A program made the position numbers and the translations under genes. Positions 50,798 through 60,485 of a stretch of DNA of 64,000 nt are shown here, piece by piece (positions within the stretch are counted from its first letter, which is position 1; every line of letters starts with the position of its first letter). The notes beneath the pieces are model-generated. The model searched no databases. It was given only the letters and a program-made list of their open reading frames with translations, and had not been told where the DNA came from. The DNA lies in the sequence record NC_070882.1; one strand, given 5' to 3'.

Positions 50798-50835
50798 TGC
50801 CCTCTATTTCCTGACATTAAAAAATATCTCAGATC

Positions 50836-50843
50836 TATATTAC
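50836..50843 (+). promoter_or_regulatory. Early promoter
   Basis: AAAAATATCTCAGATCTATATTAC. Confidence 0.8.
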
Positions 50844-50875
50844 AACTGTGCATCACCAGAACTAAAGAGGTATAA

Positions 50876-52453
50876 ATGCGCATCGACGTTACTGGGGTAC
50901 AAGGCAACGGCTTTGTGGAAGTAACCACTAGCCATAAAGGAAACGAAATCAAGTGGAGTACAAGGGCTTATAGCAAAGTAAAACTCAATGATCCAACTCG
51001 TGTTTTCAAGGAATTTAATGATTACCTAGAAAGCTGCGATGAGGCTGATCAAGATCGTATCTGGAACAGCTATGTCAAAATCAACGATCTGTTCAAGATG
51101 GACTTCGAACCGGCGCACATCTCCAGTACGCTGATCCATTACATCCATGAACTGTACTCAGCTCTGCCAATGAACAAACTCCGTCGTTGGCTGTTGACTA
51201 TTGGTAATCTGCATATTCCACCAGAGATCCAGAAAACGATCACTGATGAATCGCGCTACACCAAGCGTGAGCAGACTTATCTTCAACATGACTACATCAA
51301 CCTCGCTACTGTGGCACTTGGTCTTCGACCGATGGTTCCGATTTGGGGAGAATACATTGATTCTGGTACGGATCAAGAACTCCACAAAGAAAACGAAGTT
51401 GTTGGTTTGATTAGCCGTTGTGAAATTGCTAACTGGCCGCTACTTGAAAAAGATGAAGTGGGTGAAGATGTAGATGCGGCATTTGACAAACTGGAAGGGT
51501 ACGTCAAATTCTGCGTTGAAGATGAACCGACTACTTTGGGTAGCCTTTGGCGTGGTATGAGTTCAGTTGAAATTCCAGTACATCTTCGTTCGAAGGCTCT
51601 GGTTCGCCGACTGACAATCGTTCCTCTGAACGATCCAATGTCCCACTCTATCGTAGCTAACACGTTCCGTTACGTACGTAGCAATCTCAATCCTGCCGAG
51701 CGTAGTCCAACTGATCGCGTTAATGAAAAGCGTCCAGAAGGCGGCGGTGGTGACGACGAAGATAAAACTTCGTTTATTGAGGCACACAAGACGAAAGGTC
51801 GAGTTAGCCCAGGTGACATTGAGGCATACAACATCGATGCGATGGATTATGAGCTACTGGCACAAACGGTAGATCCTACTATCGACATGGAGAAACTGAG
51901 AAAATGTATTAGTTGCGTGAGTCAGGTCGCGAACTTTGAGATCCGTCCTCACCAAGTACTACTGGCACAATGGGTAATGGCAAAAGCTTTCCCGGCGCGT
52001 GCTTTCTATCATATCTCCAAACTGCCAGTCAATACACTGTTGGCAACTACCCAGGCTCTACTGTGGCATTGGGGTTACCTTGATGTAGCTGTGTTCCTAC
52101 AAGTCGAACCTGTTTATCACGGTGAACATGGATCGACTAATCAGCTTAGTAATACCCGAAGTGGTTCGAGAATTGCTCAGAAGTATAAGGCACAGCTCGA
52201 TGAACTCTATCCGCATATGAAACTCGCTAAGGTCCCCCAATCGGGAGAGATTCCTAAGCCAGATAACATGGCGGGTATTGCAGTGAATAACTGTAACCAG
52301 TCCATCCGCTCCTCTACTTGGATCTATCATGGTCCACCTGAGCTGTTCAAGCTTTCTGGTCAGATTGCTCAGAACAACATTCTGATTCCACCTCCAAATA
52401 TCAAGCACACGATCACCGAAGTGGTTCTACACCTCGCTCAGATCAACCAGTAA
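50876..52453 (+). CDS. nvRNAP promoter-specificity (sigma-like) subunit (phiKZ gp68-like)
   Basis: 525 aa; size and synteny; LRPMVPIWGEYI motif. Confidence 0.8.
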   Translation: MRIDVTGVQGNGFVEVTTSHKGNEIKWSTRAYSKVKLNDPTRVFKEFNDYLESCDEADQDRIWNSYVKINDLFKMDFEPAHISSTLIHYIHELYSALPMNKLRRWLLTIGNLHIPPEIQKTITDESRYTKREQTYLQHDYINLATVALGLRPMVPIWGEYIDSGTDQELHKENEVVGLISRCEIANWPLLEKDEVGEDVDAAFDKLEGYVKFCVEDEPTTLGSLWRGMSSVEIPVHLRSKALVRRLTIVPLNDPMSHSIVANTFRYVRSNLNPAERSPTDRVNEKRPEGGGGDDEDKTSFIEAHKTKGRVSPGDIEAYNIDAMDYELLAQTVDPTIDMEKLRKCISCVSQVANFEIRPHQVLLAQWVMAKAFPARAFYHISKLPVNTLLATTQALLWHWGYLDVAVFLQVEPVYHGEHGSTNQLSNTRSGSRIAQKYKAQLDELYPHMKLAKVPQSGEIPKPDNMAGIAVNNCNQSIRSSTWIYHGPPELFKLSGQIAQNNILIPPPNIKHTITEVVLHLAQINQ

Positions 52454-52472
52454 AATTCAAGAGGTAAATTAC

Positions 52473-54107
52473 ATGCACGGAATCAACATGGGCATTTCCG
52501 CTGGTGCAGCTGTCAACTCGAAGCTGTCCGTACAGAACTTTGTTCTGGTGGAAACCGGCACCTATCAAGAACAGCACATTCGACCTTTCTCGATTAATGC
52601 TAACCAAGAAGTAGCTCGTCAACTGGAACAAGCTACAAATGGTGGCATGAACCTTCGGGTAAGTGCTGTACAAGAAGTAGCTTCTTCGGTTATCACTCCC
52701 CAAGCATCGGTAGAAGGTAGTGTCGGTATTGCACATGGCTGGCGTTCTCGCCGGTTCCGCTTCTTGATGAAAGTGAATGAGCAACATCCATTCATTGCGG
52801 GAACGCTGACTCAACGTATCTTCTTTGGCTATAGTGACCACGCTGACGCATCTCAGAATTATCTGCCGGATGACATGCGTATCTACTTCAACTCCGAAAC
52901 TATCATTGCTCAAGCTATTCAACAAACCATTCATGGTCCCCAACACGTTGCGTCGATCGTAGGTTCCAACCAGATCGTTTCTCCTGTTGACATGATGGGT
53001 GGAATGAATGGAATGTTCTCTCGTGCAACTGCTCACCTGATCCGTCCTGAAGATATCTTTAGTATTGGTCAAACAGCGCATGTGGCACAGAAACTGCAAA
53101 GCTCTGGTTTGTTTGACGGAATGATCAATCGGTCCATCGACCATCGCACGATGGTTGGTGAAGGAGGAGCATACAAGTATAGCCAACGTCGAGATACCTC
53201 TCCAACTCGTTATCTGTCGAATACTCTTGGCGCATACCAACATGCTGTCAAAGAGAATGCAATGGAGAACCAAGGGGATGATCTGTTCGGGGCTCCTGAT
53301 AAAGATGTAATGTTTGGTGAAGCTGCTGCCCAGTGCAGGAACCAGCAGATCCATACTAACACCTTCTTGGCTGTTCTTAAAGATCATGCCGGGTATATGG
53401 AGAATGGCTATATCACTTTCCGTGATCTCAAGCGGCTCTTCCCTGAATGCGGCACCCAACAGGTTACTCAGTTCTCCATGAACGATGGCCGTTCAATCCG
53501 TCGTATTTCTCAGGCAGAAGACTCCGAAGTTTGGAGCGGTGCAGACTATACCTCCATTGGTGCAAGTCTGTTGGCACAGACCATTCCGTCGATCATGATG
53601 GATACCTTCCTCCGCACTTGCTCGTTTGCTGTAACTAATGGTACTGGTCCGAATAACTATTCGTTCGAGTTCCATCCGCAGAACTCTAAGGCTATCATTG
53701 ATAACCTGGACATGCGTCAATACATTCTGGAATTCGAACGCCGCCTGGCTATCGATATCCTGAACAACATCACCCGTGGTAACCAGCTGCCGTTCCGTAT
53801 CTCGATGCATTCGGACTTGGCTGGTGACTCGATCATCGATATTGCCATCGGTGGTCAGTCGCTGACTCGTTTCATTGCACCGACCTTTACGGATAGTCTG
53901 TTCTCCCCGATGATTACCCGTAACGAGCAACACCCGACTAACCTGTCTGGTGATATGCTGTGGCTGGTACAAGAAGTAATTCCCAATCCGACTCAACATC
54001 AGGCTCTTCAGTCTGTCGGTTACCAACATCCGGTAGCTGCACCCATCATGATGCCTAACGCTATTAACCAAGGAGCAAGCAATGTCGTTGATCTTGGACT
54101 CGTATAA
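52473..54107 (+). CDS. picA: Phage-nucleus protein import factor PicA/Imp1 (phiKZ gp69-like)
   Basis: 544 aa; ETGTYQEQHIRPF, GWRSRRFRFLM, LIRPEDIF motifs; synteny after gp68. Confidence 0.8.
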   Translation: MHGINMGISAGAAVNSKLSVQNFVLVETGTYQEQHIRPFSINANQEVARQLEQATNGGMNLRVSAVQEVASSVITPQASVEGSVGIAHGWRSRRFRFLMKVNEQHPFIAGTLTQRIFFGYSDHADASQNYLPDDMRIYFNSETIIAQAIQQTIHGPQHVASIVGSNQIVSPVDMMGGMNGMFSRATAHLIRPEDIFSIGQTAHVAQKLQSSGLFDGMINRSIDHRTMVGEGGAYKYSQRRDTSPTRYLSNTLGAYQHAVKENAMENQGDDLFGAPDKDVMFGEAAAQCRNQQIHTNTFLAVLKDHAGYMENGYITFRDLKRLFPECGTQQVTQFSMNDGRSIRRISQAEDSEVWSGADYTSIGASLLAQTIPSIMMDTFLRTCSFAVTNGTGPNNYSFEFHPQNSKAIIDNLDMRQYILEFERRLAIDILNNITRGNQLPFRISMHSDLAGDSIIDIAIGGQSLTRFIAPTFTDSLFSPMITRNEQHPTNLSGDMLWLVQEVIPNPTQHQALQSVGYQHPVAAPIMMPNAINQGASNVVDLGLV

Positions 54108-55401
54108 GTCTGTACTCCCCTCGTTCGCCTGCGAGTTCGATGAAGAAGGTTATATCAGCCTCCGTAATCCGGTAGGTACTGCTTCTCCTTCGACCGTAGA
54201 CGGTAAACGTCTTGTAATCCCAACCGATAAGTTCCTTCGCAAGGGATTCGGTGAAGACTTCCAGCCGTTCCACCCGCTGAGTGAAGCATTGAGTCGCCGG
54301 GGTACTTCCCCGGTGATTCAGTATCTGCAACGCGCAGCAAAAGCACACATTAGTTTCGTCGTCCACAAAATGGCCGAACAACTTCTGACCATCGCAGCGG
54401 ACAAGTCGTCCCACAAGGACCTGCCGCCGGATGCAACTGACTTCCTGAAGAAACTGGCAGATGCGGATAAAGCAACTGTCGGTCTGTTCGAAAAACTGAT
54501 GCCTGCTGCTACTAAGAAGAACCGACTGGTTGCAGTTTACTTGAAGAATGGCGGTACTTTCGATGGTAAGAAAGTAAACCGTATGGCGATCATTCGCTTC
54601 CCGATCCTGGAAGATCTTCAGGCTGAAACTGATGATGTTCTTGGTATCAAGATGGCGAAGAAACAACGTAAGGTTCTCACTGCGCTGTTCAAACTGATCG
54701 TTCCGTTTGGTGACAATCCGGAAGAGTATGCCTTTGGTACTACCAGCCGTGTTGCACCTTATTACACCAGTCTTCTGACTGCGTATCACAAAGTAATCGT
54801 GATGCTCAATCAGCTGATTAACCGGTACGCGATTCCACTGCAAATCCCCGTCAATCTTATTCCTGTGTTTGATCTGGATCTGATCGACGAGTTCCCGAAG
54901 ATCTATAACCTTATCCCTCCGCTGAATGGCAACCTCGGTGGTCGTGATGAGGATACTCCGGAAACTGCCGAAGCTGTACAAACCCAGCAACAAGCACCGA
55001 GCGTTACTGCTCCACAAGCCAGTACTCCTCAGCTGACTCGTCCCGCCGCAGTTGTTAGCAAACCTGTAGAAAAAGATACTGTCTCCATGAGCGAATTCAT
55101 GGCTGCACAGAATCCCCAACCGCAGATGATGCAGCAGCAAATGGGAATGATGATGCCGATGAATAACGGCATGATGATGCCAGGCAATGGCATGATGCAG
55201 ATGAATGGCATGGGTGGGATGATGCAACCTATGCAAATGGGTAACATGCAGCCCCAGGGTATCCAAGCGAACGCGCCCATTCCCGCGTGGATGGGTGGCC
55301 AACAACAGGGCATGATGATGATGGGTAACGGTCAACCGGCCAACCCGTACATGCAGGCTGTGGCTGGCATGCGTCAAACCAATGGTCTTGGATTGGTGTA
55401 A
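54082..55401 (+). CDS. Conserved core protein (phiKZ gp70-like) with a Met/Gln/Gly-rich C-terminal tail
   Basis: 439 aa; 26-nt overlap with picA; FHPLSE motif. Confidence 0.75.
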   Translation: MSLILDSYKSVLPSFACEFDEEGYISLRNPVGTASPSTVDGKRLVIPTDKFLRKGFGEDFQPFHPLSEALSRRGTSPVIQYLQRAAKAHISFVVHKMAEQLLTIAADKSSHKDLPPDATDFLKKLADADKATVGLFEKLMPAATKKNRLVAVYLKNGGTFDGKKVNRMAIIRFPILEDLQAETDDVLGIKMAKKQRKVLTALFKLIVPFGDNPEEYAFGTTSRVAPYYTSLLTAYHKVIVMLNQLINRYAIPLQIPVNLIPVFDLDLIDEFPKIYNLIPPLNGNLGGRDEDTPETAEAVQTQQQAPSVTAPQASTPQLTRPAAVVSKPVEKDTVSMSEFMAAQNPQPQMMQQQMGMMMPMNNGMMMPGNGMMQMNGMGGMMQPMQMGNMQPQGIQANAPIPAWMGGQQQGMMMMGNGQPANPYMQAVAGMRQTNGLGLV

Positions 55402-55406
55402 GACGG

Positions 55407-55440
55407 CATAAAGCAGGGGGCCTTAGGGTCCCCTGCTATT
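55407..55440. terminator. Bidirectional terminator
   Basis: CATAAAGCAGGGGGCC-ttag-GGTCCCCTGCT. Confidence 0.8.
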
Positions 55441-55443
55441 GCT

Positions 55444-55806
55444 TTAAAATTTTCGACTAGTGTAGAACTGTTGTAATGCACCGATCTCGTTGTTAGATGG
55501 CTTGATCAAGATATTGTTGTACACTTTGTCTAAAGGGTTACGGACATCTGCTGCAAACTGGTTTGGATTTTCCATGCCATTAACACGCAAATAAATCCAA
55601 TGGAGTTCAGGCTCAATACCGATCTCTGTTAAATACCCATAAAAGTTTCCTTCGTATTGCCAGTACAACTCATTCGGAATCTCTACTCTAACCGAGTTGA
55701 TATTACGGAGAATGTTGATATGTGTTTCGACAATTAAACGGAAAGCTGGATCATAAAACATTGATGCTCCACCGTCACCGGTTTGTTCCATAATTGTAAA
55801 TGCCAT
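55444..55806 (-). CDS. Conserved protein, possibly LysM/T4 gp53-like baseplate component
   Basis: YEGNFYGYL...LHWIYLRVNGMENP resembles the gp53/tail-X pattern; weak. Confidence 0.5.
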   Translation of the reverse strand: MAFTIMEQTGDGGASMFYDPAFRLIVETHINILRNINSVRVEIPNELYWQYEGNFYGYLTEIGIEPELHWIYLRVNGMENPNQFAADVRNPLDKVYNNILIKPSNNEIGALQQFYTSRKF

Positions 55807-55839
55807 AGAGGAATCCTACAAAAAAATAATTTTCACATC

Positions 55840-55847
55840 TATATAAT
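55840..55847 (+). promoter_or_regulatory. Early-promoter variant
   Basis: AAAAAAATAATTTTCACATCTATATAAT upstream of beta-C. Confidence 0.6.
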
Positions 55848-55879
55848 CATTCTGCACCAACGATCAACAGGAGTTATAG

Positions 55880-57991
55880 ATGCAAAGTCTACCAAATGCC
55901 ATCCGTGAAATTAACCTGCGTTTGCTCGGTCACGCGGCAATTGATCCATATTACGGAACAACCTCCGCGGCACGCGGTGCCATGTTGCTGTCACATATTG
56001 GACAATCACCAGTAGTGGAAGGGAACGAGCCACGTCGGGTAATGGCGGGTATCGAAATGCGTTATGCTGAACATACCTTCGATATTCGTTTCCCAACGGA
56101 TTGCGTTGTTCTGAATATTATCCGTAAGTATCCCACTGGTGTGGGTCGTGGATCTATTCGACATAACCCCGTAACTACGATCGTGTATGAGGAGTATTAC
56201 GACGAGTTTAAACGAATCGGTGTTATCCATGTACCAGAGTACCTAAGCTTTCACCAGGACTTTGGATTCAAACTTGAGAAGCAGAAAGATGTATGGAATA
56301 ACCTTGCCGTTGGTGAGATGTTTGCCAAAGATACGGTTATTGCACAATCCACAACTGTAAAAGAAAATGGTCTTCTGGGCATGGGCGTTAACGCCACCGT
56401 GATGTTCGGTTCTATGCCTGGTACTATTGAGGACGGTTTCGTATTCTGCGATGAGTTCCTTCGGGAGAAGATGGCTCCTCGTACTTATACAACCGCTACT
56501 GGCGGAGCTGGTAAGAAAGCATTCTTCCTCAATATGTACGGTGACGATAAAAACATCAAGCTCTTCCCTGATATCGGTGAACGTATTCGTGATGATGGTG
56601 TTATCTTCGCTGTTCGAGACCTTGACGACGATCTCTCGCCAGCTGAAATGACTCCACGTGCATTGCGCACTCTCGATCGTACGTTTGACCGTGCCGTAAT
56701 TGGTGATCCGGGCGCAATCATTAAAGACATCAAAGTGTATTGGGATGATCGTCAAAATCCATCTTATACTCCGAGTGGTATGGATGGACAACTGCGGAAG
56801 TACTATGACGCACTGGCGTCGTATTACCGTGAGATCATCAAGGTATATAAAGGTCTGTCTGCCCGCCGTAAAGATCGCCTCCATATGACCGAGGAGTTTC
56901 GTCAACTTGTAGTAGAAGCGATGATCTATCTGCCTCAAGCCGAAGGTCAACGTAAGCTGACCCGTATGTATCGACTGGATCAACTTGATGAATGGCGTGT
57001 TGAAATCACCTATGAATCGATTAAAGAACCGGGCGGTGCATATAAAGCCACTGATTTCCATGGCGGCAAAGGTGTCGTTTGTAAGATCATGAAGCGAGCA
57101 GATATGCCTCGTGACGTGAATGGTAACGTTGCAGATGTTGTTATCTTTGGCGGCTCGACTATGCGTCGTTCTAACTATGGTCGTATCTATGAACATGGTT
57201 TCGGTGCAGCATCTCGCGATCTGGCTCAACGTCTCAGAGTTGAATGTGGGCTAGAGCGTCATGGTTCCTATGAACTTGACGACGTTGTAAACCATATCAG
57301 AAACAATCCTGACTTTATCAAGTATGCCTTTAATGAGCTGCTTGATTTCTATGCAATCGTTACTCCGACAATGCATGGAATGGTTAAGGATCACCCGAAT
57401 CCGATTCAACATGTATCGCATGTATTGAGAGATGGTTTTGCGTACTTGTATTCCCCGGTTGATGACCCCGTACATTTGCCGACAGCAAGTAACCAAATCC
57501 TTAATTCTCGCTTCTGTCCAACATATGCACCGGTGACATATCGAGATCAAACAGGTAAAGAAGTAACGACAAAAGACCCAATGTTGCTTGGCCCGCTATA
57601 CATGATGCTGCTCGAAAAGATCGGTGAAGACTGGTCGGCCGTAGCATCGGTGAAGACTCAACAGTTTGGTCTACCATCGAAACTGAATAACTCCGATCGG
57701 TCCAGTACACCTGGTCGAGAAAGCGCTATTCGTTCGTTTGGTGAATCTGAGACTCGATCTTACAACTGTACGGTCGGTGCACTACCCACGGTAGAACTGT
57801 TGGATCAAACCAATAACCCCGAAGCACACATTGCTGTGATCAACTCTATCCTCACTGCGGATAAACCGTCCAACATTGAGAAAGCAGTTGATCGTTCCAA
57901 AATCCCATTCGGTAACTCCCGACCAGTTGGACTTCTGTCGCACTTGTTGGAATGCCGTGGATTGCAGTTCAAGTACGCGCCCGGTGTTTAA
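55880..57991 (+). CDS. nvRNAP beta C-terminal subunit (phiKZ gp71-73-like), uninterrupted
   Basis: TIEDG, DFHGGKG (HGNKG-like), SFGESETR; 703 aa. Confidence 0.9.
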   Translation: MQSLPNAIREINLRLLGHAAIDPYYGTTSAARGAMLLSHIGQSPVVEGNEPRRVMAGIEMRYAEHTFDIRFPTDCVVLNIIRKYPTGVGRGSIRHNPVTTIVYEEYYDEFKRIGVIHVPEYLSFHQDFGFKLEKQKDVWNNLAVGEMFAKDTVIAQSTTVKENGLLGMGVNATVMFGSMPGTIEDGFVFCDEFLREKMAPRTYTTATGGAGKKAFFLNMYGDDKNIKLFPDIGERIRDDGVIFAVRDLDDDLSPAEMTPRALRTLDRTFDRAVIGDPGAIIKDIKVYWDDRQNPSYTPSGMDGQLRKYYDALASYYREIIKVYKGLSARRKDRLHMTEEFRQLVVEAMIYLPQAEGQRKLTRMYRLDQLDEWRVEITYESIKEPGGAYKATDFHGGKGVVCKIMKRADMPRDVNGNVADVVIFGGSTMRRSNYGRIYEHGFGAASRDLAQRLRVECGLERHGSYELDDVVNHIRNNPDFIKYAFNELLDFYAIVTPTMHGMVKDHPNPIQHVSHVLRDGFAYLYSPVDDPVHLPTASNQILNSRFCPTYAPVTYRDQTGKEVTTKDPMLLGPLYMMLLEKIGEDWSAVASVKTQQFGLPSKLNNSDRSSTPGRESAIRSFGESETRSYNCTVGALPTVELLDQTNNPEAHIAVINSILTADKPSNIEKAVDRSKIPFGNSRPVGLLSHLLECRGLQFKYAPGV

Positions 57992-58017
57992 CCGGGCTGC
58001 ACGCCAAGAGGTAAATA

Positions 58018-59991
58018 ATGAATCAGTATAAAGCACGTGATCTTCTCAATATGAGTTACGATGAACTCTGGGCGATTCCAAGTGAATGGCATGAGATCAT
58101 CTTTGATGACGGGGAGAAACTCTATGCAAAAGATCGGATCACCAAGCTGTCGGTTCTGCTCTGGTATCCACTGAAAGCTTTCCCTGATGCCCCGGTTCTG
58201 AAAGATTACCATCTGGCATCTACTCGGGTTACCTCTAAATCTCTTGTGAAATACCTGAACAAAGTTATTTGGGGTATTCATGCATGGAGTGGTGAACAGA
58301 TCGATCCAGAGGTTTTGGCTAAACTGGCTATTGAAGGAAAGAATTGGCTTTATAATGAAACCACTACTCGACTGAGTGCTTACATTGCAACCCTGTCGAT
58401 CTTTGACATTATGGAAGTGTACAATCACCCGGCAGTTAGAAAGGCTAACCAAGATGTACAGCCTACTACGTACGGGATTGAAAACATTTCTTACGGGATG
58501 ATCAAAGAAGCATTCAACGACGAAACACAGTTCCGTGGTAACAGCATCATTGAGGGCCTGCGCTCGGGTACGCAGAAAATGGAGCAATTGCTTCAGGCAT
58601 ACGGACCACGTGGTTTCCCGACAGACATTAACTCTGATATTTTCAGTGAGCCGTGTACCACTGGTTACATTGATGGTATTTGGGGTTTGTATGAAAACAT
58701 GATCGAATCCCGATCGGGTACCAAAGCTCTGTTGTATAACAAAGAGCTACTGCGTGTAACCGAGTATTTCAACCGGAAGTCTCAGTTGATTGCTCAGTAT
58801 GTACAGAACCTACACACTGGTGATTGTAATGGTCACTTGATCGACTTCCCTGTAATGCAGGGTACGTTGAAAGCTCTTCGTGGCAAGTACTATCTGAACG
58901 AACAGACAGGTCAACTGGACTGGCTGAAAGGGGATGAGAAACATCTTATCGGTAAAAAGATTAAGATGCGTTCTATTTTGGGATGTGTGCATCCGGATCC
59001 TCAGGGTGTATGTTCGCGGTGTTATGGGCGACTAAGTTTCTCTATTCCAAAAGGAACTGTCATTGGTCAGGTATCGGCTGTATCCATGGGTGACAAAATC
59101 ACTTCTGCGGTATTGTCGACAAAACACACTGATGCAACCTCGGCTGTAGAACAGTATCAGATTGGTGGCGTCGAAGCTAAGTACCTGCGAACTGGATCTG
59201 CGGCTGAAACTCTTTATCTGAAGAAAGAACTCTCGGGTAAAGGTTTCCGCTTGATGATCGGTCGTAACGAAGCCCAGAACCTGGCTGATATTCTGATGAT
59301 CGATGACCTTAGTGCATATCCAGCACCGAGTGCTTCTGAACTGACCCGTATTGGTTTGGTACGGACGGTTGATGGAGTAGACGAAGGCGATGTATTGACG
59401 GTGTCGCTGTATAACCGTCGAGCTAGTCTATCGACTGAAATGCTGCAACATATCAAACGTGTACGTTGGGAACTTGACGCTCGTGATAATATCGTGATCG
59501 ATATGGCCGGGTTTGACTTTGCCCTGCCGTTCCTGACGTTGCCTAATAAGCACGTAAACATGTACGAAGTGATGAAGCGTATTCAGTCATTCCTGCACTC
59601 TGGTAGTGATACTGAAGGGTCTAAACTGAGCTCAGATAAGGTAGGTTTTACTAGCAAGACTTATCTTAAGAACTACAAAGACCCAGTTGATGCTCTGGCA
59701 GCCACTGTGTCGCTGTTGAATGAGAAGTTCTCTTTGAATGCCGTTCACTGTGAGGTTCTGGTTTATGCTATGATGGTGCGCTCTATCGCTGAACGCGATT
59801 ATCGTCTGCCTAAGCCGGGTATTACGGGTCAGTTTGAAAAATACAACAAACTGATGATGTCCCGTTCTCTTGCTGGTGCGATGTCGTTTGAGAAGCAACA
59901 TGAGCCGTTGAACAATCCTGGCAGTTTCCTCTACACACTGAGGAATGACCATCCCTACGATCTTGCGGTCATGGGAGGTAAGCTGCTCTAA
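58018..59991 (+). CDS. nvRNAP beta' C-terminal subunit (phiKZ gp74-like)
   Basis: HTGDC, RSILGC, CSRCYG, LSTKH, MSFEKQ; 657 aa. Confidence 0.9.
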   Translation: MNQYKARDLLNMSYDELWAIPSEWHEIIFDDGEKLYAKDRITKLSVLLWYPLKAFPDAPVLKDYHLASTRVTSKSLVKYLNKVIWGIHAWSGEQIDPEVLAKLAIEGKNWLYNETTTRLSAYIATLSIFDIMEVYNHPAVRKANQDVQPTTYGIENISYGMIKEAFNDETQFRGNSIIEGLRSGTQKMEQLLQAYGPRGFPTDINSDIFSEPCTTGYIDGIWGLYENMIESRSGTKALLYNKELLRVTEYFNRKSQLIAQYVQNLHTGDCNGHLIDFPVMQGTLKALRGKYYLNEQTGQLDWLKGDEKHLIGKKIKMRSILGCVHPDPQGVCSRCYGRLSFSIPKGTVIGQVSAVSMGDKITSAVLSTKHTDATSAVEQYQIGGVEAKYLRTGSAAETLYLKKELSGKGFRLMIGRNEAQNLADILMIDDLSAYPAPSASELTRIGLVRTVDGVDEGDVLTVSLYNRRASLSTEMLQHIKRVRWELDARDNIVIDMAGFDFALPFLTLPNKHVNMYEVMKRIQSFLHSGSDTEGSKLSSDKVGFTSKTYLKNYKDPVDALAATVSLLNEKFSLNAVHCEVLVYAMMVRSIAERDYRLPKPGITGQFEKYNKLMMSRSLAGAMSFEKQHEPLNNPGSFLYTLRNDHPYDLAVMGGKLL

Positions 59992-60000
59992 GATGGAGGT

Positions 60001-60037
60001 CGAGGTAGGGAGGGCTTTGGCTCTCCCTTTCCCCTCG
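60001..60037 (+). terminator. Terminator-like hairpin
   Basis: GGGAGGGC-tttg-GCTCTCCC, flanked by CGAGG/CCTCG. Confidence 0.55.
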
Positions 60038-60047
60038 TTAATTTTTT

Positions 60048-60485
60048 ATGCTACCGATACTCAAGGCTGAGCGCTATACGCATGGTGTCCGACTATCTGG
60101 GTATACTCGGGAAACGTTCGCTAAGATGCAGGGGTTTCTTGAAGGGCTTTCTTTGAAAGAACCTAAGAAGATCCCTGGTAATCGAATCATCATGGAACTC
60201 AAGAAAAAGTACTATGGTTGTTTCGAAGATCTATCAGAGACTTATATCCACCGAAATTCACTAGAAGACCTGATCGGTTATCTGGAGAACAAAGGTATCC
60301 CAAGAGAACGAGTCGAGATTGAGGATATCCCTGTCCCTAAAGCAGCAACTGCTGTTTACGAAATGTACAAGAAATACGTACTCCGGGATTATCAGGAAAT
60401 CATCCGTGAAGATATTTTGCGTGATTGGTTACATTCTGCACGGGTAGACTTGCAAACGGGAAAGGGAAAACCCTCACGAGCCTAG
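60048..60485 (+). CDS. SF2 helicase, N-terminal part (Q motif and start of Walker A)
   Basis: LRDYQ Q motif, then LQTGKGK, before leaving frame. Confidence 0.85.
   Translation: MLPILKAERYTHGVRLSGYTRETFAKMQGFLEGLSLKEPKKIPGNRIIMELKKKYYGCFEDLSETYIHRNSLEDLIGYLENKGIPRERVEIEDIPVPKAATAVYEMYKKYVLRDYQEIIREDILRDWLHSARVDLQTGKGKPSRA

Noticed and set aside
54064-55377. 437-aa His-rich minus-strand ORF
   Set aside because: His runs are the reverse complement of ATG repeats in the Met-rich plus-strand tail.
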